Of a stretch of DNA of 64,000 nt, positions 26,301-38,089 are shown piece by piece. Below the pieces are notes generated by a model that saw nothing but the letters and a program-made list of their open reading frames with translations, did not search any database and had not been told where the DNA came from. Both the position numbers and the translations under genes were made by a program. The first letter of the stretch is position 1, and the number at the start of each line of letters is the position of its first letter. The stretch lies in assembly GCF_036365525.1 (NCBI RefSeq), contig NC_090404.1, forward strand, positions 3,844,001 through 3,908,000, written 5' to 3'. Source of the stretch: Heterodontus francisci. Taxonomy: Eukaryota.

Positions 26301-27202
26301 ACAAAAGGTGAAGTCACATGGTGTTAGAGATGAGCTGGCAAGATGGATACAGAACTGGCTCAGTCATAGAAGACAGAGGGTAGCAGTGGAAGTGTGCTTT
26401 TCTGAATGGAGGGATGTGACTAGTGGTGTTCTGCAGGGTTCAGTGCTGGGACCTTTGCTCTTTGTAGTATATATAAATTATTTGGAGGAAAATGTAGCTG
26501 GTCTGATTAGTAAGTTTGCGGACGACACAAAGGTTGGTGGAGTTGCGGATGGTGATGAGGATTGTCAGAGGATACAGTAGGATATAGATCGGTTGGAGAC
26601 TTGGGCGGAGAAATGGCCGATGGAGTTTAATCCGGTCAAATGTGAGGTAATGCATTTTGGACGGTCTCATGCAGATGGGAAGTATACAGTAAATGGCAGA
26701 ACCCTTAGGAGTATTGACAGGCAGAGAGATCTGGGCGTACAGGTCCACAGGTCACTGAAAATGGCAACGCAGGTGGATAAGGTAGTCAAGAAGGCATACG
26801 GCATGCTTGCCTTCATAGGTCAGGGCATAGAGTATAAAAATTGGCAACTCATGCTGCAGCTGTACAGAACTTTAGTTAGGCCACACTTGGAATATTGCAT
26901 GCAATTCTGGTCGCCACACTACCAGTAGGACGTGGAGGCTCTGGAGAGGGTACAGAAGAAGTTTACCAGGATGTTGCCTGGTCTGGAGGGCATTAGCTAT
27001 GAGGAGAGGTTGGATAAACTCGAATTGTTTTCACTGGAACTACGGAGGTGGAGGGGCGACATGATAGAGGTTTACAAAGTTATGAGTGGCATGGACAGAG
27101 TGGATGGTCGGAAGCTTTTTCCCAGGGTGGACATCGGGGACATAGGTTTAAGGTGAGAGGGGCAAAGTTTAGAGGGGATGTGCGAGGCAAGTTCTTTACA
27201 CA
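20356..27202 (+). mobile_element. CR1 LINE ORF2 split by the Tx1 insertion and lacking its 3' end
   Basis: KAFYTYI ends ~20513 and resumes RERVGPLKD at ~25648; RT ORFs 25933-26580, 26593-26928, 26932-27156; stops abruptly at AAGTTCTTTACACA ~27202. Confidence 0.9.
20514..25645 (+). mobile_element. Tx1-clade (L1-like) non-LTR retrotransposon: ORF1 with three CCHC zinc knuckles, disrupted ORF2 (endonuclease-RT-Zn finger), poly(A) end
   Basis: CHTCGKSGHVAANC, CKNCKEEGHQPEDC, CNLCGAAGHLYKTC; ORF2 from ATG 22025 to stop 25374 with SDH, KTPGSDG, NWRPISLLNVDYK, YMDD; AATAAA ~25613 and A-run ~25635. Confidence 0.92.
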
Positions 27203-27204
27203 TA

Positions 27205-27228
27205 CCTAACCCTAACCCTAACCCTAAC
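27205..27228 (+). repeat. Interstitial telomeric repeat CCTAA(CCCTAA)3C
   Basis: Seen directly at the CR1 truncation point. Confidence 0.85.
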
Positions 27229-28439
27229 TTATTTCGCAGCGCTCTCACAAAAAAAAAACATTTTACACGATATCACATCTAAAGAATGATTTTTGTTAAA
27301 TTCAATGCTCATGTCCTGATAAAATGGGAGCGCAAAATAATAAATTGACCCAAATGACAACTAAATATAATTCTAGATAATTAAGACCATTTGTTTCGTA
27401 CTGCATGAAGTTCTAGAGAGAGATTTTAATAACCCCATACCCACACCGTATTGAGATAAGTGGGAATGGCAAAATAAATAAATAAACAGGTGGAATTGCC
27501 TTGAACCCATTGCATTTCCTTGAATTTTCTCACAGAGCTGTGAATCACATTCAAGCTAAAGACTTCTTGTTTCTGATAACAGCTGCGTAGTATCAAGTTT
27601 AATTTATGATGATTTGGATTGTTTAACAAGCCCTCCCATTGCCAGGCTACCAATAGATAAATGCCCAGTTTTGCGATCCGTTTTCACAGCAGATAAAACG
27701 TTTATTCTTGTGATATTCTGTCGCATGACGTTAATTCCTGATATACTGTGTTCCTGAGAACAGTGTGTGGAAGATGTTACACAGTCTGTCGCTATCAAAG
27801 TTAGGTGCAATGATTTGGGTGCCGGGGGATAGATTTGCTGATGGCCGTATCGGTTCTGATTCACTCGCTCCTGTTTTTCAAAAGCTGATCTGAATTTGAC
27901 GTGTCGCTCCTTAATTATCAGGCAAGCGGACTCTTTTACAATTAATTTCCAAAGGGCTGGCTTAGGGTCATAGAATAAGGTGCAATTCGGGAAATAGAGA
28001 GACGGAAAGAGAGAGAGAGAGAGAGATACTTCTATAACGTGAAGCGTTTCTGTTCACTTTGGTCCTAAATGGTGTAACTACGGCCATTCACACTGCAAAT
28101 AGAATCACTTTACTAATATCCCACATTTAGTTGTATACATTGATTTAAAAAAATCATATTATCGCGGATACTTTATTGGTATTGATCGAAGGGATGGATA
28201 GCGAGAGACAGAGCAACTAGCAGTCACTTTAGACCCTGATAACGTAATTTAATCTATGGCATTGACTTCCTCGGTGTAGTGTTGAGGAAATAAAGGAGTT
28301 TAATTCAGTCCACGATGTGATTATTTTTTACTGGACACATTTTCAACTGTAATATCGCGGTTTAGTACCAAGTAACACTTTGTATTGAAACCACACAGCC
28401 AAATAACTATCCCTGGATACAGATTAAAAGTTCATATCC

Positions 28440-28666
28440 AATAATAACTCAGTGTAATGATATGAGTCCATTCTGTTGATGATGTGGAAGGTGGGACGTG
28501 GATCCAGTAACCGCCTCTATCAGGGAATCTATAGGCGGCGCCTGTAACCTCGTCCCTTTCTGCCGGGTATTTAAATGCCGGTCACTGGGACCGCAATACA
28601 ACAGTCCGGGAGCCGGTTTGCTCAGTGAGTTCTTACCAGAACCATTTTCCCCGAATTGCCAGAAGG
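28440..28666 (+). promoter_or_regulatory. IgH V promoter region
   Basis: TATA-like TATTTAAAT 28568-28576, ~90 bp before the leader ATG; no ATGCAAAT octamer nearby, as known for shark IgH promoters. Confidence 0.55.
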
Positions 28667-28712
28667 ATGAGGTCGGCGATTTCTCTCAGTCTGTTGCTGG
28701 TTTTCTTATCCC
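28667..28712 (+). CDS. IGHV: IgH leader exon MRSAISLSLLLVFLS
   Basis: ATG 28667, hydrophobic signal peptide, phase-1 donor C|GTGAGT, 125-nt intron. Confidence 0.95.
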
Positions 28713-28837
28713 GTGAGTAGTTTTATTGTTCGAGTCTCTCCCTGTTACTGTCACAGTGTTAGTCTCTCTCTGGAATGTTACAGAGTAGGAATCAGTTCAC
28801 CAGGATTAATCCTCGGGGTTTTTTGTATTTTGTGCAG

Positions 28838-29197
28838 GTGTCCATTCGGATATCGTGTTGAGTCAGCCAGAGGCAGAGACCGGGAAACCCGGAGGATCCC
28901 TGAGACTGACCTGTAAAACCAGCGGGTTCAATCTTGGCAGTTACAATATGTACTGGGTCCGACAGGTTCCCGGGCAGGGGCTGGAGTTGATAGTTTACTA
29001 CTATAGTTCATCCGACAGTGCTTACGCCCCAGAGATTAAAGATCGATTTACTGCGTCCAAAGAGACTTCAAACAACATCTTCGCTTTGGACATGAAGAGC
29101 CTGAAGACTGAAGACACCGCCATCTATTCCTGTGCAAGAGAAGACAGCAGTTACATGGACTATTGGGGACAAAGGACCATGGTGACGGTGACTGCAG
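28838..29197 (+). CDS. IGHV: Pre-joined VH-D-JH exon ([26 protein letters not shown]...WVRQ...[29 protein letters not shown])
   Basis: Acceptor TGTGCAG|G, open 360-nt exon, V runs into J with no RSS, donor G|GTAAGA. Confidence 0.95.
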
Positions 29198-31934
29198 GTA
29201 AGAAACATGCATTTATTCAGTAACTGTTTAATTGATGGTTTTATTTTATATTCCTGTTTATTTTAATGATACATTGGTTGACTGAAATGTGGATTTGGTC
29301 GATTCTATATTGAGAATTTGTTGCAAAATGTTTTATGCGATTCTGCTGCAGAGCGATTCAATAATTTAATGGCTTCTTCACAATCGGAGCTGTTGAGGGT
29401 AACAGATCCAGATTGATCTGATTTGGTGTTTATTTGCTAATGGAACAGTGTGTCTGGGCGACTTTAAATACCTAACTGTGTGTTGAACTTTTAGACGTTT
29501 CTACAATGTTTAATCTCGGTGACATCTAGTTGCTGCAGGCTTTCTGATCTAATACAAACAATAAATGTTTAAATAGGTTTGAAATAAAATTATGCAGAAA
29601 GTTTCAGTGGTCAAAAATAGCCTTATGATATTTTAATCAATTCTTATTTGCGGTGATTAAATTGCCATCTGTTAATCTACTGCTCACGAATGCTCATATG
29701 TAATACGATAAATTTTGATGTACTTGAGAACTACATGAATGACAAATTGGCAGCTTTGGCCAGATTTACATTAATATAACCTCACTTATTATAATGCTGT
29801 GATATCAGCCAATATCAGTGAAATATGCTGTAGTACCAAGATTACTTTGTTAAACATGCTCTCTGTGCTAAAAAAAATTCTCCTGCCATTATTTTATATA
29901 TCTGATAATTCAGAGACAGGCGGGCTCGGTGGATTCTGTATTGAGATTTTTTTGCACTGTTACGTTTGATTCTGCTGAAAGTGTTTATGGAATCAAGCTG
30001 CTTCTCCATGAAACATGAAAAAGCCCCTCAGTAATGTGAGTTTGTGTTTATTTGCTGACGAGAGCGTGCGTCTGGATTACAAAGTAAAACTTGTGAAACT
30101 GGCGCTTCTGCTTCGTTTAACCTCGGTGACATCGAGCGGCTGCAGGTTTTCTGATGGAACGGAAACATTCTACTTGTTTAAAACTGAAAGACGATTTTAA
30201 CCGGAAAATTGGCCAGCTTCAGAAATTAGAAAAAAAGTAATATATTTCAAGGCATTTTTAAAAATGTAAGTGATAATTGCAGATTAAACTATTAAACCTG
30301 GTTTACGACGCTCCTTCAGTACATGAAATGTTACTGCAATTACAAACTGGATAAGTAACAAGTTTTCAGATCGGAGAGTGAAATTAATGTAATTTAAACA
30401 AATATAATGCGGCAATATATCCTCATATAAACCAAAAATGCTTGATATTAGCATCGATTCGTTATTAATTAATTGCCTTTCATAATTCTGGTGTGCCAAG
30501 CGCACAATTATCGTGATCAGAAAATGTTATGGCCTGGAGACAATTTTTCGTAATGTTTGATACTATTTCAATAAGAGTGTACTTATTCCAGTGCTGTTTT
30601 CAGGTTAATGAGCGCTTTTGAATTAATTGTTATATTCCTGATTAAAACAGGTGAATGTCAGCTTGTATTTACTTACAACTTCAATAGCAGTTGTAAATTG
30701 CAGTTTGTCAATGTAATATATCTGTCCGGTTATTACATCTTTTGCGTTTATGTTCTTCAATGCTCTTCCTTCAATGTCATTTGTTATTGGATGACGAGAT
30801 AATTATCAGTAATCTAATATTAACCATTTTCCTGAGACAAGAAGTCGCTGACAGTCAAAGAATTGTTCATATAATTTTAGTTAAATTGAAGAAACGTGCA
30901 GACAGGGTAAGGCTAAAGACAAACAAATAACACCCCGAACTTCAAGGAGATTCAATTAATTATAAAAGTTAATGTTAGTTTTGAATTCAATAGCAACATC
31001 CTGTCCCTCATAGCTGTGTTGCACACAGGATAGAATTATAGGCAAAGAACTGATTATACCTGAGAGTTATACTTAATTCTTATTAACTATTGACTTGGAC
31101 AACAAAATCTCGGTTACATTTGCTCATTAAGTTTCAGTGTCGCAGATGATCTGAAAGAATTGTTCTCGTCCCGTTATTCAGTGACATTTTGAAACTTCTT
31201 TCAACCAAAAAAAAAACAATGTATTTAACAAATAATTTACAGGGATTGTGTGAAATACAGGAGTAAAATATAAAAATATTGCGTGATTAAATAGCACAGT
31301 TACTGATCGCAAACTGCCCGGATGTTTTTGATTTTTTCTTAAGTAGTTAAGATTTATGACAAGACTTAAAACACGAGAGTCTTGCTTTCACGAACAGGCG
31401 AAGTTACAGCCGATGGACAGTTAGTGAGATGTTACCCCGTTCAGGCTTGGAACTATTTAAAATATTCCACTCTTAAATTCATCTTGTGAAGTACTCGCTG
31501 AGAATTAACGGAGTTTATGATATATCAGTGCATTCAGATACATACGCAGTTTACAAGTTTGTAGATAGAAAGCAGGGCAGGAGTAGAAATTATTGTCCAT
31601 TTTAAATTATTACACTGTGATTCCAACTCAGTAAAAGTAATATATTTGTCTGAATGTTTTCATCTGTTAATACGATGTTTATTATTTAATATTGATGAAG
31701 AGTCGTCATAATTTGATTAAAACCCCATTATTTCATAAGGTGCCAGGCAGAAACAGGTCTTGAATTAATATTAACTATTTTTAAAAAATACGATATAAAT
31801 CAGCTAACGTGAATATTAACCAAGAATAGAACAAAGTTAATTCATTAAACAGAAATGACCTCCCACAATTGAATAGTATATTTGCCAGGATTCCAATAAG
31901 TGCAAAATCTCAAGGGCGAGAGAGAATTTTAGTT

Positions 31935-32145
31935 TAGTTTAGTTTAGTTTAGAGATACAGCACTGAAACAGGCTCTTCGGCCCACAGAGTCTGTGCCGAT
32001 CATCAACCACCCATTTATACTAATCATACACTAATTCCATATCCCTACCACATCCCCACCTGTCCCTATATTTCCCTACCACCTACCTACACTATGGGCA
32101 ATTTATAATGGCCAATTTACCTATCAACCAGCAAATCTTTGGCAT
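31935..32145 (-). mobile_element. HE1-like SINE 3' half
   Basis: (TTTAG)n tail then GATACAGCACTGAAACAGG..., reverse complement of the SINE in CH4. Confidence 0.85.
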
Positions 32146-32509
32146 GATTATGAATTATGTCTAAAAATAACTTTGTGAACAATACATTTCTTAGTCAGCT
32201 GTTCTCAGCCCGATAAGGTGTCACCGCAGATTTTAATTAATTAACTTTGTGTATTGGTGTAATTCCTTTTTGAAAATTATGATCGTAAATCTAACCAGTG
32301 GGTCTAGTTCGTTCTCTTGCATTTCAAGGAGCGCAATTTGCTCCATTTATTTCAGGAAGTGGTATCTGTGAGAAATTCAAGTTTGGACGTTAAGTTAAAT
32401 GAGGCGCCTCAGCAATGAGACCAGTATCTGTGACAATCAGAAACAACAGTTCAGAGACACGACAGACAGAATGTAGAAGAAAAATTGCTCAGTTTATAAT
32501 CAGTAATGT

Positions 32510-32860
32510 ACCTCCCTTCGGCAATGTAGAGGAAGCTTTACTGTGTATTTAATCCATGCTGTAACTGTCCTGGGCCTGTGTGATGGGGACAAGGTAGAGG
32601 GAGAAATTACTCTGTGTCTAAACCGGGTTGAACCTGTCTTGCATATATTTGATGGGACAGTGTAGAGGGAGCTTTATTTTGTATCAAAACAGTGCTGTAC
32701 CAGACTTAGAGTGACAGTGCAATATCGAGGTGGCTTTCCACGGAATATAACACTTGTGATGTCTGACCTTGCAGCTCATGAAAGGACCGTACAGGGGGAT
32801 CTGTACCTTACAGCTTAACTTTCGTGTTACCCCGCAGTGTTCAAGGGACATCAATCTGCA
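32510..32860 (+). repeat. Degenerate ~66-bp minisatellite (related copy ~44480-44620 on - strand)
   Basis: GATGGGACAGTGTAGAGGGAGCTTTA... recurring. Confidence 0.6.
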
Positions 32861-33569
32861 TCTAACTAATAAGTTGTAAGTTCTCGACCCGGATATATGA
32901 CAATAAATTGTTCCATTACCCAGAAGAAACAACGCGCAATAATTGATTTTCACATTCATTCAAGCTCAAATTTTAATGAATTAATAATATTTAAACATGT
33001 TAAGTATCAGATAATTATTGAATGAGATTGGCCTGATTTTGAGTGCACCTTCACAACGAACAGATTCAGGAAGTGACTGAAAAGCTCCAGAGAGCAGCGC
33101 CTGTTCTGATCTGATGGGAGGCTGGAAGTTCTTTCAGCGATTTAAATGGAGACAGTCGAGACTCCCGCTCCCAATGATCATCATGATATTCTCATGTTTA
33201 AACCAGTATTTCATTCAAGTATTTTCAAAAGGTAACAGGCAGTGATAAACTCTGGTGAGATGTAGTTATTGGGCTGTGTCACAGCAGAGGGCACAAAGCT
33301 ACTGAAGTAAGCTTTTGTGAAACTTTTGAAGTGATGCAGTTAACCTGCAATCAATATCAATCACAATAAGCTTTAAGTATTTGACAGTATCTGAATGACT
33401 CATTTATATGTCATTCGCAAGTTCCTCTTATTTAAAAAACCCCCTTTCATTACAAAAAATCGATAAAATATATCTCACAGAGATGTTCAAATTTATGAAG
33501 TCTTTCCTCCCATTAAATTGGGAAGAATTAATTCCACTGATTAACTAATTAATTCATGGAATCTTCTCG

Positions 33570-34700
33570 CACGTAATGTGCCAATCAGCCCGTCATGCCT
33601 GTGTTCGCTCTCAAACAACTCTAAAATCTAATCCTGCAAGCCAACTTCCTCTTTACACCCATGCAAATTAGTCCCCTTCGAGGACATGTCCGGTTGTATT
33701 ATGCATTGCAGATGCGCCTGCGGAGAGCCTGCACGGACACGACGGATAGAAAGGCCTGCTTTTGTGCTGCAGCCATTCTATGGTTCATTGAAAGCACCGT
33801 CTGTCTGGAAAGAAATCTCCTGCCGCAAACATCACCCGCCCAGGCTCCAAATGTTTTGCCAATTATTTATTTTGCTACTGCCCAAGGGAAACAGTTTTTC
33901 CTTATCTGCTGCATCAAAACATCCCCTAATTTTGAACATACCTATTCGATAACCAACGAAGGAGAACAATTCGGCTTGTATAATCTATCTACATAACTGA
34001 ACCCCCTCATTTCTGATATGATACTGGTAAACCCCCTCTGCACTCTCCCCAACATCTTTCCCAAAGTGTGATGGCCAGTGATGTACACATATTCTATCCT
34101 AATCAGTGATTTGTAAAGCTTTAATAAGACTTCCTTATTTTTTTATATTCAATATTACATTTTGGAAGACCAAGTATTCCATTCACTTTCTTAACTACCT
34201 TCAAAACATTGTGAATATGCACCACAGTTTCCTTCACTTTTTTACCCGCTTCAAAATAGGACCGTTTAGATTACATTAACCTTCCATGTTATTCCTCAAA
34301 AAGTACAGCACTTCATACTTATTCGCATTAAATTGTATCTCCAGTGTCCCTGAACATTTCACCAATCTGTCTATATCCTCCTGAATTATTTTATTATCTT
34401 GCTCACTATTTGTTTTGTATCATCCTCGAATTACGAAATTCTACTCCCCTTACCCAAGTACACGTCATTGTGCATAACAAAAATAGCAGTGACCCTACGA
34501 CCGACCCAAGGGGGATCACAATACTTAATTGTTTCCAGTCAGAAGAAGCTTTGGTTCACCGTCACTCTCTGCTTCCTGCACCTTAACATGTTACCGCCAT
34601 CCCTTTAATCCATGCGCTTCTATTTTCCGAATGTTCCCTCATGTGGTATGTTTTCTAATGCCATTTGAAAGCCCATATGTCCAGCTTTTGCGCCACCAAC
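33570..34700 (-). mobile_element. Highly decayed CR1 LINE
   Basis: CTGGTAAACCCCCTCTGCACTCTC, GCATTAAATTGTATCT and other RT remnants. Confidence 0.6.
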
Positions 34701-36049
34701 ACCGACAATCTTTTCCATCATATTGGTGACCGGATTTCAGTATCAGAACAATAAGCCTCAGGTGTTTGAATTACCCACACAATCCAGAAGCGAGAGTTGA
34801 CCATGTCAGCAATAACACTTCAGGAATTTCTGGCCTTCCTAGCCTGGAACCTACTGACATTCACTCGATGTATAATGTTTGGGTGATGTCAATATCAGAT
34901 ATTTATAGAGGAAACCTGCCCTGATGTTCACATTATGGTCGGTGCAAGCAGCAACAAGAGGTGACTGTTATGATACAGTCAGCAACACCACTTCTCACTG
35001 GTGGGAGGTGGGAAGATTCTTTGGGAAATTAGATGGACCATTTAAAGAACATCGTTCCAAATGACCGATTTTTAGGAATCGGATTTAATGCGGATTATTA
35101 ATTGAGTTGGAGGGGGAAGCAAACTCAGGAGAGATCCATTCAGTAGAATAAGATACAAGACAAATCACAATCTTCAAGTACTGAGAAGGAAAGTGATAGC
35201 CGAGAGTCAATGCCGAGTCATCTAAAGTTTTAATTTCAGAAACTAGGTTGTGTAAAAATTCCCCTCTGAAATCTGTGCACTAAATGATTCAGTTAATATT
35301 TTAAAAGATACGTCAACTATTTATGTTAAAAGTCCTTTATTGTCATCGCAACATAGAAGATTAAAATAAAGTCTGGGAGAGGTGTTTTGAATAATGAATG
35401 TTTTATACAGAAATTCAGAAACTAATTTGCCCAGATCAGTGAGTTGGTCTGTAGAGGGCAGTGATTTAAAATCAGCATCAAAAGAATGAAGGAAGAGGGT
35501 ATGAATCTACTCTTCTACACAGGGGGTTGTTACGATCTGAGATGTCCTATCAGAAAGAGGGCTGGAAACAGAATCTAAAATAGCTGGATAAAATGGAACA
35601 TTTGAAAAGAAGATTAGGAGTTGGAATGTCAGCGGGATCGCTGGAGTGATCTTTCACAAGCCTGATGGACCGAATGGCCTCCTTCTCTGCTATCATTTCT
35701 ATGAATTTATCATCCTGGGCCAGGAACAACGCAACGAAGCTCAAATGCCACTGTAGTTTTTTATGGGGAAATAATGGAATTACTTTGCCTGGTTTCGAGT
35801 TTTAAGATCATTTTATAAGCACGCAGTGCGATGACACTTTTTAAGAGTAGACCCTATTGTGGGGAGGGGGTGGAGGGGTGGGGAACCCAGCATTCAAATT
35901 ACAGAGAGCAAATTTCCAGAAACTGCAATTAATAAGTGCCGAGAACTTTCTATGACAAAGTGCTGTTGTTTAGAAATAAATACTCGCTGAAACTCCTCCT
36001 CCATTTTCATCCAATGAAAGGTACTTTATTGAAATAACTTCAAAAGATT

Positions 36050-36682
36050 CAACACTCCCCCCTGCTCTCATGCTCACATCTCTGTCCTGGGATTGCTGCA
36101 GTGTTCCAGTGAACATCAACGCAAGCTCGAGGAACAGCATCTCATCTACCGATTAGGCACACTACAGACTGCCGGACTGAACATTGAGTTCAATAATTTC
36201 AGAGCATGACAGCCCCCCACTTTACTTTCATTTTTAGTTATTTTTTCTTCCTTTTTTTTCTTCCTTTTTTTTGCATTCCTTTTTACATTTTTTGCATTTA
36301 TTTCATTTCATCTTAGTTTGTTCAGTTTGCTTACCCACTGTTTTTTTCAGGTTGTTTTTCTTCAGGTTTGCACTTGCTGATGTTCTATATTCAGTATATT
36401 CACACCTAATCTGTACTAATGCTTTGTCTTTCAAAACACCATTAACATATTGTTTGCCTTTGCTCTGTGACCTTTTGGTCAGCTATGTGGCCTGGTCCAA
36501 TCTGCACCTTCTCCTTTGTTATCTCTTGCCCAACCCCCACCTCACTTGTTTATAATCTGTGACTTTTCTAATATTTGTCAGTTCCGAAGAAGGGTCACTG
36601 ACCCGAAACGTTAACTCTGCTTCTCTTTCCACAGATGCTGCCAGACCTGCTGAGTGAATCCAGCATTTCTTGTTTTTGTTTC
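36050..36682 (+). mobile_element. Penelope-like element 3' fragment with hammerhead-like motif
   Basis: Strong similarity to 19780-20355 (CTCTCATGCTCACAT...CAAGCTCGAGGAACAGCATCTCAT). Confidence 0.85.
36580..36616 (+). ncRNA. Minimal hammerhead ribozyme motif (Penelope pseudo-LTR type) with one core substitution
   Basis: AGTT-CCGAAGA-A-GGGTC-ACT-GACCC-GAAAC-GTT-AACT. Confidence 0.55.
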
Positions 36683-36920
36683 AAAAGATTCTTACTTTTG
36701 TAATGTGACAGGACCTGAAAGAGAGGTGTGTTCCTGACCAGGGGATCGACAGGTGATGATCTCCAAATGATGGAACTGATAGAAGTTCAAATGTGGATGA
36801 AAGTTTCAATCGGAAAATTTTGGAATCCGTTTCTAGCTGGAGTTAAATTCCGAGTTCTCTGGTTACTTAATAATCATGATTCACAGAGTCTAACGTGTTC
36901 AATCTGCCATTCTTTCCTAG

Positions 36921-37216
36921 CGACTCCGTCTCCCCCAACCCTTTACGGCTGTGCTCCTGTGGACAACCCAACACTGACGGCTCCATGGCCTACGGCTGTT
37001 TGGCGATGGACTACATCCCCCAAATCACCAGCGTTTCCTGGAAGAAAGGTAAAGAACCGATCACCACTGGTTTGAAGACTTACCCGTCAGTGCTGAACAA
37101 GAAGGGAACCTACACCCTGAGCAGCCAGTTAACCATCACCGAGTCAGAGGTGGGAAGTAGCAAAATCTACTGCGAGGTTCGACGCGGAGAGTCGGTTTGG
37201 ATCAAGGAAATTCCAG
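36921..37216 (+). pseudogene. IGHM: IgM CH1 exon with 1-nt deletion
   Basis: [10 protein letters not shown] then shifts frame to [22 protein letters not shown]...VSWKK...IYCEV..IKEIP; exon is 296 nt; the spliced frame stops at 37073-37075. Confidence 0.9.
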
Positions 37217-37427
37217 GTTAGTGTTGTGGAAACTGTGAAAAACTGAAAAGCTAGAATGATCTTGCGCAGAGCTTTGGCTATATCACATTTAGAGCATTAT
37301 GCGCAGTTCAGACCCCTGGAAACTCCAGTTAGTGTCTGCTTGACAGCAACGAACCTGTTAAAATATCAGAACAGTTTGCATTAGTTATTAATTTCTTCCA
37401 GAAATGTGTAACATGTTTTTCTTGAAG

Positions 37428-37745
37428 ACTGTAAAGGTGACATCGTCCATCCAACTGTTCTCCTCACCCAGACTTCCAGTGAAGAAATCACAAGCAGCAG
37501 ATTTGCAACTGTCGTGTGTTCAATCATCGATTTCCATCCAGAGTCAATAACCGTGAGTTGGTTGAAGGATGGACAACCCATGAATTCGGGCTTCGTCACC
37601 TCTCCCGCCGGTGAAGCGAACGGGAACTACTCAGCGACCAGTCGGCTGACAGTCCCCGCTGGGGAATGGTTCACCAACACGGTCTATACCTGCCAGGTCT
37701 CCCATCAAGGGGTCACCCAAAGCCGAAACATCACCGGATCTCAGG
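37428..37745 (+). CDS. IGHM: IgM CH2 exon, open frame ([11 protein letters not shown]...[16 protein letters not shown]...YTCQVSH...TGSQ)
   Basis: 318 nt, phase 1/1, C1-set Cys-Trp-Cys retained, donor G|GTAAG. Confidence 0.93.
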
Positions 37746-38089
37746 GTAAGAGACACAATCCCAGGAAGCCTCAAATCATTCTGTGCTCCAACGATAATCA
37801 AACTCAACAATTTATTGGTATCAGTACATAGCACAAATTAATTTTCAAATTCACCATCATGTAGTTTTTTTTGCCTCATTCCGCTGTGAGTGTTGAATTA
37901 GGATCGCTCACGGTTCAGTACGTCATCACATCACCCAAGAATGTTTCCCTCTGCTTTCATGTCATATAATGAGTGAGGAGGCCTTGATATCAGGTTTACC
38001 GTGAGTTGGCTGATCATATTCGGAGTAGTAATAGGTGTCCTGAACACTTTCCTGGAAACAGCCTCGGGGTCAAGCGCCAGGAAGAGCAT

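Noticed and set aside
28752-28758. CACAGTG heptamer in the IgH leader intron
   Set aside because: No nonamer at 12- or 23-nt spacing
28838-29197. Processed (retro-transposed) Ig gene
   Set aside because: All introns, promoter, and both secretory and TM ends are present
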